This document shows, piece after piece, positions 14,937 to 16,158 of a stretch of 16,158 bases of DNA. The stretch is taken from contig JBBQPO010000138.1 in the NCBI GenBank assembly GCA_038217285.1, forward strand, positions 1 through 16,158, given 5' to 3'. Position numbers and translations under genes: made by a program. This DNA comes from Chthonomonadales bacterium (GTDB lineage: Bacteria; Armatimonadota; Chthonomonadetes; Chthonomonadales; Chthonomonadaceae). The notes beneath the pieces are model-generated. The model did no database searches. It saw only the letters and a list, made by a program, of their open reading frames with translations, and had not been told where the DNA came from. How positions within the stretch are numbered: position 1 is the first letter of the stretch; each line of letters starts with the position of its first letter.

Positions 14937-16158
14937 ATGAGATCATCTCTTCTGGCCCGGTGGGGGATCGTCTTCCTGCTGTTTGTGGCTGGCTGCGGGG
15001 GCGGCAGTCATACCCAAGTCGCGACAAACGGTGGGCAAGGGCGCGCGACCCTGACTGTACAGTGGCCCGCACGCACCCGCCTGATTCCCGATGCCTCCAA
15101 CAGCATCAATGTGGTCATCAATCAAGGAACGACAGCCGTCGGCCATCAGACCCTGGCGCGTCCGGCAGCGGGAGGCACGGTGACCGCCAGCTTCGTTTCG
15201 CTGCCCACCGGCACACTGAGCGTGTCGGCGACCGCCTTTCCGAACGCGGACGGCACCGGGGTCGCGCAGGCGACGGCGACGATCCCGCTGGTGATCCAGG
15301 CCAATCAGACGACCAACTTTAGCATCACGATGAGCAGCACCATCGATCATCTGGATCTGAGTGCGCCGACGGCCACGTTGAAGGCGGGCGCGACACTGCA
15401 GATCATTGCAACGGCGAAAGATACGAGCGGTGCAGCAGTCCTTACCACTCCGGCGCGGTTGACCTGGCTGTCATCTGCAACCGGTATTGCGACGGTCGAT
15501 CTGACCGGCATCGTGACCGGAGTCGCGCCGGGCAGCGCGGATATCACCGTCACGGATACGGAGTCTGGGAAGGCGGCCAAGACAACGGTGCTCGTCAAGG
15601 TTTCCGGGCCGGTCTCGTTCCAGGCTCCGACCCTTTACACCGTTCCCTCCCCGAACGAGATCGTGACGGCGGACTTCGACGGCGACGGCAAGATCGATAT
15701 CGTGGTCGGCACGAACAGTTCCCTGATGATTCTCTACGGGAAAGGAAACGGCACTTTCGAAGCGCCCCAGACGATCCTGACGTGGACCGGAGGAATGAGC
15801 CCCTACTCCGCTGCCGATATGAATGGCGACGGGAAGCCGGATCTGGTCTGCACAGCCTCCAGCCAAGTTCTGGTGATACATAACCTGGGCGGCCGCAACT
15901 TCGCCGCGCCGATTGCGCTGCCGTGTGGCGCCAACTTGGGGCCGCTGACGACAGCCGACTTCAATGGGGACGGCAGGACCGACATCGCTGTCACGGTCTA
16001 CAATCATGCCGGCAGCACCTCCACCGATATCTTCACCTTCCAAAACCAGGGAGGCGGGGTATACGTGCAAGGGCCGACCATCTCCAACATCTGGATCATT
16101 CAGGGCCTGAAGACGGCCGATCTCAACGGCGATGGCAAGGCGGATCTGGTGTGGCAGA
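14937..16158 (+). CDS. Lipoprotein (3' truncated) with an N-terminal beta-sandwich, a Big_2 Ig-like domain and FG-GAP/VCBS repeats; putative adhesin
   Basis: Absent from the ORF track because there is no stop in the window. Manual translation begins MRSSLLARWGIVFLLFVAG-CGGGS (Cys at 14994), then GRATLTVQWPARTRLIPDASNSI. Big_2-like LTWLSSATGIATVDLTGIVTGVAPGSADITVT follows. Repeats ADFDGDGKID (15669), ADMNGDGKPD (15813), ADFNGDGRTD (15954) and ADLNGDGKAD (16116). An alternative in-frame ATG at 14919 overlaps the upstream TGA. Confidence 0.9.
   Translation, partial: MRSSLLARWGIVFLLFVAGCGGGSHTQVATNGGQGRATLTVQWPARTRLIPDASNSINVVINQGTTAVGHQTLARPAAGGTVTASFVSLPTGTLSVSATAFPNADGTGVAQATATIPLVIQANQTTNFSITMSSTIDHLDLSAPTATLKAGATLQIIATAKDTSGAAVLTTPARLTWLSSATGIATVDLTGIVTGVAPGSADITVTDTESGKAAKTTVLVKVSGPVSFQAPTLYTVPSPNEIVTADFDGDGKIDIVVGTNSSLMILYGKGNGTFEAPQTILTWTGGMSPYSAADMNGDGKPDLVCTASSQVLVIHNLGGRNFAAPIALPCGANLGPLTTADFNGDGRTDIAVTVYNHAGSTSTDIFTFQNQGGGVYVQGPTISNIWIIQGLKTADLNGDGKADLVWQ

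Noticed and set aside
14281-16070. Minus-strand ORFs 14281-15072, 14943-15350 and 15471-16070, and plus-strand ORF 14753-15322
   Set aside because: They are explained as shadows of the two lipoprotein genes, including the open-ended CDS from 14937.

Overview
This is a GC-rich bacterial window with no rRNA, tRNA, CRISPR array or transposase. Most of its genes encode exported or cell-envelope proteins. In order: a cluster of REP-like hairpin repeats (92-bp tandem unit plus a diverged inverted element, 1-254); a good sigma70-type promoter; a di-heme DUF1592-type cytochrome c paired with a Tat-exported DUF1552 (HXXSHH) protein; an orphan PAS-PAS-HisKA_2 kinase; an unknown secreted protein; a LolA/DUF2092-like plus TlpA thioredoxin fusion; an EEP phosphoesterase that probably starts at CTG; a PsbP/DcrB-like plus TolB-propeller fusion; two coupled secreted ankyrin proteins on the minus strand; and a divergent pair of Ig-like lipoproteins. 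The second lipoprotein runs off the window end and is absent from the ORF track. Its WPxRxRLIP motif and the general gene style suggest Armatimonadota, but this is inferred from memory and not tested. The most novel signal is in the lipoprotein pair: the free C-terminal tail of the first (GSASGTIR) mirrors the N-terminal strand of the second (GRATLTVQ), which is followed by an Arg-rich site. This resembles the donor-strand logic of type V pili and is a hypothesis only.
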